Below are positions 39,985-52,278 of a DNA stretch of 64,000 nt, one piece after another. Within the stretch, counting starts at the first letter, position 1, and each line of letters opens with the position of its first letter. The position numbers were made by a program, and so were the translations under genes. Origin of the DNA: Mobula hypostoma (lineage: Eukaryota); assembly GCF_963921235.1 (NCBI RefSeq), contig NC_086097.1, positions 64,234,001-64,298,000 on the forward strand, written 5' to 3'. The notes under the pieces were generated by a model. It did no database searches. It was given only the letters and a program-made list of their open reading frames with translations, and was not told the DNA's origin.

Positions 39985-41840
39985 AACTCACTCTTCTACA
40001 CTCTTTCCAGTTTAATAACCGAGCAAGCAAAAGTTTATACAGCACTCTCACGTGTAGTCTGAACAATCTCCTTCACAACCAACGCCACTGCATCACAACT
40101 TTTATACTCAACACCTTGACTGATGACAGCGAGCATGCCAAAAGCCTTTATCACTGTGTCTACCTGTGACTCTACTTCCAGTGAATTATGTCCTGATCGA
40201 GAAGTTGCAAAACCTGGGCCTCTGTACCTCCCTCTGCAATTGGATCCTCTACTTCCTAATCGGAAGACCACAATCTGTGCGGATTGGTCATAACATATCC
40301 TCCTCACTGACGATCAACACTGGCGCACCTCAGGGGTGTGTGCTTAGTCCTCTACTTTCTTCTCGATATACACATGACTGTGTGGCTCGGTACAGCTCAA
40401 ATACCACCTATAAATTTGCTGATGATACAACCATTGTTGGCAGAATCTCAGGTGGTAACGAAAGGGCGTACAGGAGTGAGATATGCCAACTAGTGGAATG
40501 ATGTTGCAGCAACAACTTGGCACTTAAAGTCAGTAAGACAAAAGAGCTGATTGTGGACTTCCAGAAGGGTAAGAGGAAGGAACACATACCAATCCTCAGA
40601 GAGATCAGAAGTGGAGAGAGTGAGCAGTTTCAAGTTCCTGGGTGTCAAGATCTCTGAGGATCTAACCTGGTCCCAACATATCGATGTAGTTATAAAGGTG
40701 GCAAGACAGCAGCCTTTCATTAGGAATTCAAAGAGATTTGGCATGTCAACAAATACACTCAAAAACTTCTAGATATACCGTGAAGAGCATTCTGACAGGC
40801 TGCATCACTGTCTGGTATAGGGCGGGCGGGGGGGGGGGGCACAGGACCAAAAAAAGCTGTAGAGGGTTGTAAATCTAGACAGCTCCATCTTGGGTACTAG
40901 CCTACAAACTACCCAGGACATCTTCAGCGAGCGGTGTCTCAGAAAGGCAGCGTCCATTATTAAGGACCTCCAGCACCCAGGGCATGCCCTTTTCTCACTG
41001 TTACCATCAGGGAGGAGGTACAGAAGCCTGAAGGCACACACTCAGCGATTCAGGAACAGCTTCTTCCCCTCTGCCATCCGATTCCTAAATGGACATTGAA
41101 CCCTTGGACACTAGCTCACTTTTTTGAATACACTGTATTTCTGCTCATGTTTTTAAAATCTATTCAATATACGTATACTGTAATTGATTTACTTATTTCT
41201 TATTATTTTCTACTCTTCTATATTATGTTATGCATTGAACATGGCAGTGATAATAAACCTGATTCTGATTCTCTGTTCTTTGACACTCCATCTAGGCGCG
41301 ACTGTTCACTTTAAAAATTCTTACTGGGTTTTCACTTTCCAAACATCACACTTAACTGAATGAAACTCTATTTGCCATCACTTGCCCACTTATTCAGCTA
41401 ATCAAGAACCCCCTATAATTTTGATGATCTTCTTCATTGTCCACTATACAAACTATTTTAGTGTCATCTGCAAACTTACCATGTTTTGTACATTCTTATC
41501 CAAATTATTAATATGAATGACAAAAAGTAACAGAACTGAGGCACACCACTATTCGCAGGCCTCAAGTCCGCGAATCAACCTTTGACCATCAAGCCAAATT
41601 GTGTATCTGATTAGGCAGCACTCTCAGGATACCATGCGATCTAAACTTCCAAAGCAGCTCATCACATGGAATCATATCAAAGTCCTCACTAAAGTACTTA
41701 TTAAACCATGTCTACTGTCCTGGTTTCATCAAATTTCTTGGTTACCTAATCAAATATTTCAATCAAGTTTGTATGATCTCCCAGGCACAAAGCCATGTGT
41801 CATTACAGATATACGCATATCTTATCCTTCAGAATCCTCT
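39985..41840 (-). mobile_element. Decayed CR1-like LINE split by the Rex insertion at 40192-41271
   Basis: KAFGMLA.ISQGVEYKS (ORF 40035..40307) and KFADDT-type sequence near 41460. Confidence 0.65.
40192..41271 (+). mobile_element. Rex-Babar-like LINE, 5'-truncated
   Basis: [38 protein letters not shown]; (ctgatt)n tail. Confidence 0.88.
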
Positions 41841-42004
41841 CCGATGACGGATTTGTGCTGCAGCTCGATGGCTTCAACATTCTCCACAAACACAGGACAG
41901 CTCAGCTTTTAAAGGCAGAGGAAGTAGAGTATGCTTTATGATTAATTCACCTTGGTGCACAAATGTGAGTTCTGTCTCAGTCGTGCTCACCTGACTTAGA
42001 ACAT

Positions 42005-43768
42005 CTAGCGGCCAACTTCATCAAGACCTGTGTGGATGAGAACGTGCCTTCGAGAATATACTTAACATACCCAAATCAAAAGCCATGGATGAACCAGACA
42101 ATCTGTACACTGCTGAGGGCTAGATCTGTGGCATTCAAGGCCAGTGGACAAGAATCCAGGTAGATCTACAGAAGGCTATCATAAGAGCAGTAAAACAATT
42201 CCAATTGAGGTTAGAGATAGAATCCGATATACATCAGCAATGGGAAGGTTTGCAGGCTATTATTTCCTGGAAAGTGAAACCTAACATAACATCATGAATG
42301 GCAGTGATGCTTCACTCCCAGATGAGCTCAACATCTTTTATGTACGCTTTGAAAGCAAGAATAAAACTACGTCAATGCGAATCCCTGCAGCATCCAGTGA
42401 CACTGTGATCTCGGTCTTGGAGGCTGATGTCAAAACACCTTTCAAAGGGTGAACCCTCCCAAGGCGTCAGGCCAATATGGTGTGCCTGATAGGGCTCTGA
42501 AAACTGCCAACCAACTGGCGGGAACGTCAAAGGACTTCTTCAATCTTGCTCTGTTATAGTAAGAGGTTCCCACCTGCTTCAAAAGGGCGACAATCATACC
42601 AGTGCCCAAGAAGAGCAGGGTGAGCTGACTCAATGACTATCATCCAGTGGCACTCACATCTACTGTGATGTAGTGCTTCAAGAGATTGGTCATAGCTCCA
42701 GACAATTCCTATCTAAACAAGAGCCTGGACCCTCTGTAATTTGCTATCAATAGGGCTACAGTGGATGCAATGTCACTGGCTCTCTACTTGGTCTTGGATC
42801 ACCTGGACAATAGTAATACTTCTGCCAGGTTGCTGCTTATTGACTACAGCTCAGCCTTCACTAAAATCATACCCTCAAGTTTAGTCAAAAAGCTCCAAAA
42901 CCTGGGTTTCTATACCACCCTCTACAAATGGATCTTTTGACTTTATCACCAAAAAAATCACAGTCTGCGCGAACTGGAAATAACATCCACTCCTCACTGA
43001 CAGTCAACATTGGCACATCCAAAGTGTGTGCGCTTAGCCCACTGCTCCATTCTCTCAGCAACAACCTCGTACTCAATGTCAGTAAGATCAAGGAATTGAC
43101 TGTGGACTTCAGGAAGGGTAAGTCAAAAAAAAACAGACCAGTCCTCATCGAGAGATCAAAAGTGGAAAAGATGAGCAGTTTCACGTTCCTGAGTATTAAC
43201 ATCTCTGAGGATCTATCCTGGGCCCAACATAATGACGCACGAAGGCGGCTTGACAGCAGCTATATTTCATTAGGAGTTTGAAGGGAATTGGTATGTCACC
43301 AAAGACACTCACAGATTTCTACAATGTACTGTGGAGAGCATTCTAACTGGCTGCATCATTGTCTGTTCTGGAGGGGCAAAAGCACAGGAAAAGATAAAGC
43401 TGCAGAGAGTTGTAAATTCAGCCAGCTCCATCATGGGCACTACACTCCCAAGTGTCTAAGACACCTTCTAAAGGTGATGCCTCAAAAAGGCAGCATCCAT
43501 CACTAAGTACCCCCATCACCCAGGACCTGCTCTCTTCTCATTGCTAACCATCAAGGTGGTGGTACAGGAGACCGAAGACACACACTCAACATTTCAGGAA
43601 CAGCTTCTTCACTTCCACCATCAGATTTCTGAATGGATAATGAACACTTCCTCAGTATTTTTTCCTCTCTCTTTTTGCACTAATTTATTTTTTAGTATAT
43701 GCTTTTTAATGCCACAAAACAACAAATTTCATGACATATGTCAGTAATATTAGGCCTGATTCTGAATC
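42005..43768 (+). mobile_element. Rex-Babar-like LINE, decayed
   Basis: NQKPWMNQ, PDELN.FY.RFE and RT motifs; ctgattctga tail. Confidence 0.82.
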
Positions 43769-44065
43769 TAATAACTTACCCAACACTAAAGTTAAGGTCT
43801 ATCACTGCCATCAACCCATTTGTAAATTCAACTGATGATGCTCAGAGAAAGTAGAATCTACCAAAGCTGGCAGGTTCAAGACTTTGTTTTTGGGGGAAAA
43901 GAGGAAGAGAAGTCAATGCAGATTGCAGGTGGGAGGATAGCAGTATAGTGTTGATGTATGGAGTACTGTACACAGCATTGTGAGATCAGGTTACTGTAAT
44001 TTAAGTTGGAACCAGTCTTTGGAACTGGTCATGGCTAAAAAATTAATTCAAGTAATTATGGTCAT

Positions 44066-44440
44066 CAGCAGTGCTGCCAGGATAATCAAGGACACGACCC
44101 ACCCAGCCAACATACTTTTCATCCCTCTTCCCTCAGGGAGAAGGCTCAGGAGCTTGAAGACTGTACGGCCAGATTTGGGAACAGTTTCTTTCCAACTGTG
44201 ATAAGACTGCTGAACGGATCCTGACCTGGATCTGGGCCTATCCTCCAAATATCCGGACCTGCCTCTCGGTTTTTTTTGCACTACCTTATGTTTCCTTTCT
44301 ATTTTCCATTTATGATTTATAATTTAAATTTTTACTATTTACTATCGATTTGTACTGCAGGGAGTGCAAAGCGCAGAATCAAATATCACTGTGATGATTG
44401 TACGCTCTAGTATCAATAGTTTGGCGACAATGAAGTATTA
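44066..44440 (+). mobile_element. Rex-type LINE 3' end (different subfamily)
   Basis: AARIIKD.THPA..LF.PLPSGRRLRSL. Confidence 0.65.
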
Positions 44441-44799
44441 AGCATTAAACCAGCAAAACTATGTCATAACAACATGTTTTTTTAAGTAATGTAACATTAT
44501 GCATTGCTCAGCAGCAATCTGAACAGAATCTGAGTTTCCAATAAAATATAATCATTGTGCTTTACTAAAGTAGTATCTGGTTTCCTGAATAACACTTGGC
44601 AATGGTCATTCATGGCTTTAATTGAATTCAGACTGATGACATCATCTGCCACACTGGCAAAATCTACTTCTATTCTTCGGGACTGATCAAATTGGACTCG
44701 TTGAGGAAAAAATTTCCAGAAGCTATATCATTTAGCACAAAGTTTGTCTTCAAACAAGCAGCTGACAAAACCAATGAGGTGTGTGACTCCTGATGGGAG

Positions 44800-47700
44800 T
44801 TATATACAGGCCTCCCAATAGTAGCCAGAATATGGGCTACAAATTACAACGGGAGATATAAAATGCACATCAAAAGTGCAATGCTATGATAGACATGGGG
44901 GATTTAAATATTCAGGTAGATTGGGAAAATCAGGTTGGCGCTGGACCCAAAGATTGAGAATTTATAGATTCCTCATGAGGTATCTTTTTAGAGCAGCATG
45001 TGGTTGAGCCTACTAGGGGAAAGATATTCTGGATTGGGTATTGTGTAATGAACTGGATTTGATTAGGGAGCTTAAAGTAAAGGGACCCTTAGAAGGCAGT
45101 GATCATAACATGATAGACTTCACCCTGCAATTTGAGAGGGAGAAGATATAGTTGGATGTATCATAAAACATAGAAAATCTATGGCGCATTACAGGCCCTT
45201 TGGCCCACAATGTTGTGCCGACATGTAATCTACTCTAGAAGCTTCCCTATCGCGCAGCCCTCTATTTTTCCAAGCTCCATATACCTATCCAAGAGGCTCT
45301 TAAAAGACCCTATTGTATCCGCCTCTACCATCTTCACTGGCAGTGCATTCCTCGCACCCACCACTCATTGTGTGAAAAACTTACCTCTGACATCCCCCTT
45401 ATACCTGCTTCCAAGCACCTTAAAACTATGCCCCCTTGTGTTAGCCATTTCAGCCCTGGGAAAAAGCCTCTGGCTATCCACACGATCAATGCCTCCCATC
45501 ATCTTAAACACCTCTATCAAGTCATCCCTCATCCTCCATCGCTTCAAGAAGAAAAGGTCAGGTTCACGCAACCTATTCTCATAAGGCATGTTCTCCAATC
45601 CAGGCAACGTCCTTGTAAATCTCCTCTGCACTTTCTCTATAACATCCACATTATTCTTGTAATGAAGTAACCAGAACTGGACACAGTACTCCAAGTGGGA
45701 TCTAACTAAGGTCTTATATAGCCTCACAGCTATATAACGTTACCTCACGGCTCTTGAACTTGATCCCATGGTTGATAAACAACAACACACTATACGCCTT
45801 CTTAACAAAACTGTCAATTGCGCAGCAGCTTTTGAGTGTCCTATGGACATGGACCCCAAGATCTCGCTGATCCACCACACTGTCAAGAGTTTCACCATTA
45901 ATATTATATTCTGTCTTCAAATTTGACCTACTGAAATGAATCACTTCACACTTATCTGGGTTGAATTCCATCTGCCATTTCTCAGCCCAGTTCTGGATCC
46001 TATTGATGTCCTGCTGTAACCTCTGACAACCCTCCAGACTACCCACAACACCCCCAACTTTTGTATCAGCAAACTTTCTAACCTACCCTTCTACTTCCTC
46101 ACCCAGGTCATTTATAAAAATCGCAAGGAGGGGGTCCCTGAACACGACCCTATGGAACACCACTATTCCGTACAGAATACTAACCACCCACAACCACCCT
46201 TTGCTTTCTGTGGTCAAGCCAATTCTGGATCCACAAAGCAAGGTCTCCTTGGATCCATGCCTCATTACTTTCTGAATGAGCCCTGCATGGGAAACCTTAT
46301 CAAATGCCTTACTGAAATCCATATACACACCCACTGCTCTAACTTCAATGTGTTTTGTTACATCCTCAAAGAATTCAATCAGGTTTGTAAGGCATGACCT
46401 GCCCTTGACAAAGCCATGCTGACTATCCCTAATCAGATTAAGTCTCTCCAGATGCTCATAAATTCTGCCTCTCAGGATCTCCTCCAACAACTTGTCCACC
46501 ACTGATGTAGACTCACTGGTCTATAATTCCCTGGGTTATCTCATCTCCCTTTCTTGAACAAGGGAACAACGTTTGCAACCTTCCAATCCTCTGGTACTTG
46601 TCCCCGTCCCTATTGATGATGCAAAGATCATCATCACCAGAGGGCCAGCAATCCCCTCCCTTGCATCCCACAGTAGCCTAGGGTATATCTAGTCTGGTCC
46701 TGGCGATTTCTTTAACTTAATACCTTTCAAAAGCTTCAGCACATCCTTTTTCTTAATATCTATACACTCAAGTGTTTCAGTCTGTTTTAAGTCACTCCTA
46801 CAATTACCAAGGTCCTTTTCACTGTTGAATACTGAAACAAAGTATCAGCATTACAGTGGAGTAAAGGGAACTATAGAGGCATGAGAGAGGAGCTGGCCAA
46901 GGTGATTGGAAGGGGTCACTAGCAGGGCTGACAGCAGAACAGCAATGGCTGGAGTTTCTGGGAGAAGTTTGGAAGGCACTGGATAGATACATCCCTAAGA
47001 AGCAGTAGTATTCTAAAGGAAGGATGATGCAACGGTGGCTGACAAGGGAAGTCAAAAACAACAAAAGCAAATGAGGGGGCATAAAATTAGTGGGATATTA
47101 AAGGATTTGGAAGTTTAAAAAAAACAACAAACTATTAAGAAGCCATAAGGAACGATAAGATGAAATATTAAGGTAAGCTAGCTAATAATATCAAAGAATA
47201 TATACTAGAAGTGTTTTCAGATATATAAAAAATAAAAGGGAGGCAAGAGTACATATCTGGATGGTGGAAAAATGACACTGGACAGGTAGTAATAGGGGAC
47301 AAGGAAATGGTGAACAAACTAAATAACTGTGGAAGATACTAGCAGTATACTGGAAGTTCGAGAGAGACAGGACAGAAGTGAGTGCATTTGCTATTACTAG
47401 GGAGAAGGTGCTTGAGAAGCTGAAAGGTCTGAAGGTGGATAAGTCACCAGGACCAGATGGACTACACCCCAGCATTCTAAAAAAAAAAAAAAATGGCCTG
47501 AGGAGATTGAGACATTAGTAATGATCTTTCAAGATCATCAAGGAAACTATAATCTAGTTAGTCTGACCTTAGTGGTTGGGACGACATTGGAATTGGTTGT
47601 TAAGAATGAGATCTCAGTGTACTTGGAGGCACATGATGAAATAGGCCAGAGTCAGCATTTTTCCTCAAGGAAAAGTCTTGTCTGACAAATCTGTTGGAAT

Positions 47701-48213
47701 TATTCGAGAAAATAACAAGCAGAATAGACGAAAGAGAATCGGTGGCCAGGTTCAATAATCCGAGTTGCAAATAGACCTGGGAGTCCTCATGCTGTACTAG
47801 TGAGGCCTCAGTTGGGAGTATTGCGAGCAGTTCACGCTCCTTATTTAAGAAAGGATGTGCTGACATTGCGGAGGATTCAGAGAAGGCTCATGAGAATGAT
47901 TCCATGAATGAAAGAGTTGTTGTATGAGGAGCGATTGATGGCTCTGGGCCTGTATTTGCTGGAATTTAGAAGAATGAGGGAGAAATCTCATTGAAACCTA
48001 TCAAATGATGAAAGGCCAAGATACAGTGGATGTGGAGCGGATGTTTCCTATGGTGGTGGACTCTAGGCACACCCTCAGAATAGGATTCCATTTGGATTAG
48101 AGATGAGGCATAATTTCTTTAGCTAGAGGGTGGTGAATCTGTAGATTTTGTTGCTACAGATGGCTATGGAGGCCAGATCATTGGGTGTATTTAAGGTGGA
48201 AGTTGATAGGTTC
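44800..48213 (+). mobile_element. CR1/HER1-like LINE (EN to RT, decayed), interrupted by an inverted CR1 at 45164-46842
   Basis: VIYRPP, GSDHN, KSPGPDGLHP motifs; sequence is colinear across the insert. Confidence 0.8.
45164..46842 (-). mobile_element. CR1/HER1-like LINE, nested, opposite orientation
   Basis: ORFs 46083..46502, 45714..46046 and 45365..45727 (SQHGFVKGRSCLTNL, DFSKAFD, HLEYCVQFW). Confidence 0.9.
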
Positions 48214-49077
48214 ACTACTATGTCCATTTCCAGATCATTTTTTGCTGAGGGCCCAGAATCTATGGAACAAACTCTTAAGTATTAAGGTACAGGTTGAGTA
48301 ACAAGGCTACATGATAAGCAAAGAGGAAAAAGTTTATCATGCTTATATGGATAAAACAGAGTTGAGGTTACATTCAAATGAGCTAATATCTTATTAAATA
48401 GTAGAAGTTCAAGGGACCAAGAGGCCTATTCTTGGTGTTAGTTTGTATGTTCATAGGTATTTGTGTAGGTCGATTACTTTTTTGGTAAAAACTTCTCTTT
48501 TCCATGCAGACTTAACATTGATTTATTCCTCCTAAATTTCCACATGCCCTTACTTTTCTCATCAACCATGTCATTGATAAATGCATCCCACAGAAAGGCA
48601 AAGATCAGTCAATAATCCATTTAATGTATATTTGAAAGGCACCCAGAATCATAGCATCATATAAAACTTTGAAAGGCTTATCAGGCTACTGAGCCTGTGG
48701 CAAGCATGAAACATCTATCTACATTAATCCTGTTTTAATTCTCCCACATTCTCATCAACTCCTTCCAGATTATACCATTAAATTGCAAAATAAGGCCTAT
48801 TTACAGTGTCAATTAACCTCTCAACTCATGCAAAGTCCATGACCACAGCACTTCATGTCAGCAGGGCTTTTGTTGTGGAAAAGAAAAAAAAAGTAGTTTC
48901 AAAATTGGTTTTGGCAGGACACAGGAGTGATTTTGTTTTAGGTTTTAATTGGTTAATCAGGAAAATAAATCTATCCTTACAAACATATTTTAAGAGTTAG
49001 GTGAGTTATAAATGCTCACAGGGCTCCAAAACTGTGCAAAGTATTCCAAGTAGGCCTTACCAATATACATTGTACAA

Positions 49078-49305
49078 CTGTAACAAAAACTTGCCATTCT
49101 TAAACTGCAATCCCTTGGAAAAGACTACTATACAGTTTGCCTTTTAACTGCTTGTTGGATCTGTCTGCTAAATTTTTGTGATGTACTTGAACACTTAGAT
49201 CCCTCTGAACTTCATTCATTTGCAGTCGTTCTCCATTTAGATAATAATTTGCCTTTTGATTCCTTTTACCAAAGTGCATAACCTGACACTTCCTCACTTT
49301 AAACT
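49078..49305 (-). mobile_element. CR1-like LINE fragment
   Basis: KCQVMHFGKRNQKANYYLNG. Confidence 0.7.
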
Positions 49306-49641
49306 GAACGAATTTATCATGCTGGATACCAAGCCAGAAAGAATCTGATTAGTTTGTATAGCTCCCCACCAGATCAAACTCCACCTCCACTCCAACACCA
49401 ATGTAGTTGGAAAACTGGATCCAATTAATTTAATGACTTGTGTGAATGTGCACCTGGCCCTGGAGCATGTGAACAGATTCAGAGTGGCGGCTATGGAGAA
49501 GAAGTGGGAGAAAGGTCTACAAGTGCTGTAGAAGTTTGTTCATTCAGTTTTACTATAATACTACAGATTGTTCCTTGATTCAATAAAAATCATAAAGCAA
49601 ATACAAATACATTTTTTCATGCAAATTATACTAATGCTTAC

Positions 49642-49776
49642 CTTGTAAATGCAACTGAGAATAGATTTGTCTGAATTATTCTTATCTTGTCCTGCAGCTT
49701 GGACAACTTGCAGCAATGTTTTTAAAGGCAGCACCATACACCAGTCCAAAAGGCACAGCAATAAAGACACTACCAG
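49642..49776 (-). CDS. RALGAPA1: RALGAPA1 coding exon ([45 protein letters not shown])
   Basis: CAG acceptor, GTAAGC donor; 135 nt, phase 0/0; overlaps ORF 49561..49770. Confidence 0.93.
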
Positions 49777-49879
49777 CTGTTAAGTGCAGGTTATAAAAAA
49801 GAAAATTAATAAAAGCTATGTCTTGCAAACATACTAAACTCCTACCCTACTTACTCATAATTACACAACACATACTTAC

Positions 49880-49948
49880 CCTTTTATCTTGTTCATGTGG
49901 GGATACTTCAGTGCCTGGCAATAGGTAGGTAATTGTTGCCATCAAAAT
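49880..49948 (-). CDS. RALGAPA1: RALGAPA1 coding exon (ILMATITYLLPGTEVSPHEQDKR)
   Basis: TAG acceptor, GTAAGT donor; 69 nt, phase 0/0. Confidence 0.92.
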
Positions 49949-50106
49949 CTATTCAAAAAGGAGACAAGTTCACGCTAAAAGAAAAGTTCACCTAGTTATC
50001 CAAAAAGAAGACAAGATTTCCAGAAACTGAAAAAATAAAGAGGTTGGAAAGCATTATATTTCACAAGACTAACACAAGTCCTCTCCTGGGAAAATGGTAA
50101 GAGATC

Positions 50107-50248
50107 GCAACACACACAAAATGCTGGAGGAGCTCAGCAGGCCAGGCAGCAACTATAGAAAAGAGTTAACAGTCAACGATTCAGGCCAAGACTCTTCATC
50201 AGGACTGGAAAGAAAGATGAGAAGTCAATGCAAGAAGGTGGGGGGAGA
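50107..50248 (-). mobile_element. Penelope pLTR tail with near-intact hammerhead
   Basis: Minus strand reads AGUC-CUGAUGA-AGAGUCUUGGCCU-GAAU-C-GUU-GACU (GAAA changed to GAAU). Confidence 0.7.
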
Positions 50249-50499
50249 TTAAACCATGATGTGTGCGTGCCAGCCTACTGTAATGGAGCTGGATCCAGCC
50301 CACTGCAATCACTGTTGCTACATTTACCTGGACTAGATGAGGAAGTTAATCAAGCCGAGCTTGTGAAACTTAGATAGCATATCATTGAGGCCCTGCACTT
50401 GGTAGGCTCTGGACGGCACTGGACAGGAATTCTACGTGATCTTACAGGCTTAAAGGGATAAATGGTGTATGTCCATTCTAACACTACTATTGTTTCTTT

Positions 50500-50870
50500 C
50501 AGACTCAGGCTGAACTACAGAGGAAGGGGAGGAGATCTGGCTCCTGCACACGTAGCACGCAGGCCCACCAGTGAGTGGACACGCCCTGGTGCTCGTGAAC
50601 CAGACCCTCAGCTACGGGTAAATAGCCCCACTGCCCTGCGGGAAACCTTGGGAGAGATGAAGGCAACCTAAGTAAATCCAGACACCAAATCCAGAGTGGA
50701 GCACCTAAGGTGTCTGGATGTCATTGTACATCCTTCCGGCTGATCCTGCAGCCAAGCTGGTGTCAAACATATTGCTGCATATTGCCTTTGGATTACACTG
50801 GTGAAGCCGAAAGGGGGATCTTGATGACTGGGCATCTCAGGATCTCCACACCTTATGCCCAGGCTTATAA
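50500..50870 (+). mobile_element. Possible RTE-type LINE 5' region
   Basis: GC-richer block that resembles RTE 5'UTRs from memory; no coding motif seen. Confidence 0.3.
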
Positions 50871-51539
50871 TGATAAGTAAATGAGCATGATAAAGTAAAA
50901 GTATCATCGCATGGCTGAAACTAATCTTGCCATAAAATGTGACATTCTCTTGTCAACCAACTCATTTCTCCAAAATAACTTGGATTCAAAACATTAAGAT
51001 AAATTGGAATGTTTGAGACATTAAAAGATGTTAAGATTTTAGAAATAAGGCACTCACAAAAATAGCCACTTAAGGAATTGAACTCTTACCCAAGGGCACA
51101 ATACTAGCCATTATATAAACGTTTTTTGGGCAATTCAAGCAATTCTGTTTGCCGCATCCAAGGATGATGCTTTTTCCTATTCCCATCTCCTTCCACTATC
51201 CATTGCGAGTATGTCTTTTGAAGTCTAAGCCTTAAAATGTGGAATTACATCTTGAACAATCATATAAACTCTTCCTATTATATCTTACCATCCGACTAAA
51301 ACTTCATACTTTTGGTAGTGTAATTTTTTTTGCTTTAGTATTAATTTTTGGCTGTTTATCACTGAAGCACTTTCTATTATTTTCCTGTTACAAACACCAT
51401 AAACATAAATATTATCCCCAAGCAAATAAGAACATCCATATAATGAAAGGTATATCACATAAGTTTATTGGCTACAGTCTTCAACTGAATATTTTACAAG
51501 ATATCACTTTTCCAATCAATAAAAGTAGTACATTTTTAC

Positions 51540-51650
51540 CTCAAGTATCTTTTTCGGAGAATCTGGTGGATAATTCTGGAGCTTGTCCACATAATTGATC
51601 AATAGATGTAAAATATCACAAGCCACTTGTGCCACAGCTTTGTTTGGGAA
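51540..51650 (-). CDS. RALGAPA1: RALGAPA1 coding exon (FPNKAVAQVACDILHLLINYVDKLQNYPPDSPKKILE)
   Basis: CAG acceptor, GTAAAA donor; 111 nt, phase 0/0; follows an 86-nt intron. Confidence 0.92.
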
Positions 51651-51736
51651 CTGTAAATACATGATAGCAAGTTTATGGTCCTGAAAATCTAGTTTTTAAA
51701 GATGAGTCATAATAAAATTATGGAAATATGTTTTAC

Positions 51737-51845
51737 CTTTAAGGTCACACAAATTACATTTAGAGCATCTTTGATTTGAGGATGATGAGTGCCATGTACT
51801 AACTCTTCACAAAGCCAAATGCCAAGGCTGCAAAGTGCAACACAT
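51737..51845 (-). CDS. RALGAPA1: RALGAPA1 coding exon ([36 protein letters not shown])
   Basis: CAG acceptor, GTAAAA donor; 109 nt, phase 2/0. Confidence 0.93.
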
Positions 51846-52278
51846 CTGCAAAAACAAAAAGATTGTAATGCCTATTATAATCTTATATACTCGGTCTTAA
51901 ATGGAGCATGAGTAATTTTCACGTGAGGTTAACAGGTGAAGATGTTTCCTTTAGAAATTACCTTAATCTGTACTGTGTGTCTACGTAATTTCAAATTTAA
52001 CAAGCTACTATGTATCAACACGATTGGGCCAGATTATGCTCTATTGCCCGATATGATAGCATTGGTTATGGCAAGTGAGCCAGAAGGGCAAAGTCAAAAA
52101 AGTAAATATTTTAAAACTAAGGTGTTAAAAAACCTCCAAAAGTAACAGCTGAAGAAATGAGATGCCTTATATAAACAGAGATGAACTGATGACAAATAAT
52201 TGTTAGATCGTCAAAAGGATACTTCTATTTTTTTGTGGCAATTTTTGAACCTACTACATTATTAACAACTTTGCACCA

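Noticed and set aside
51090..51230. 141-nt AG...GTAAGA-bounded segment on minus as an extra coding exon
   Set aside because: In the required phase 0 it reads GCT TAG (stop); nothing supports it even as a poison exon
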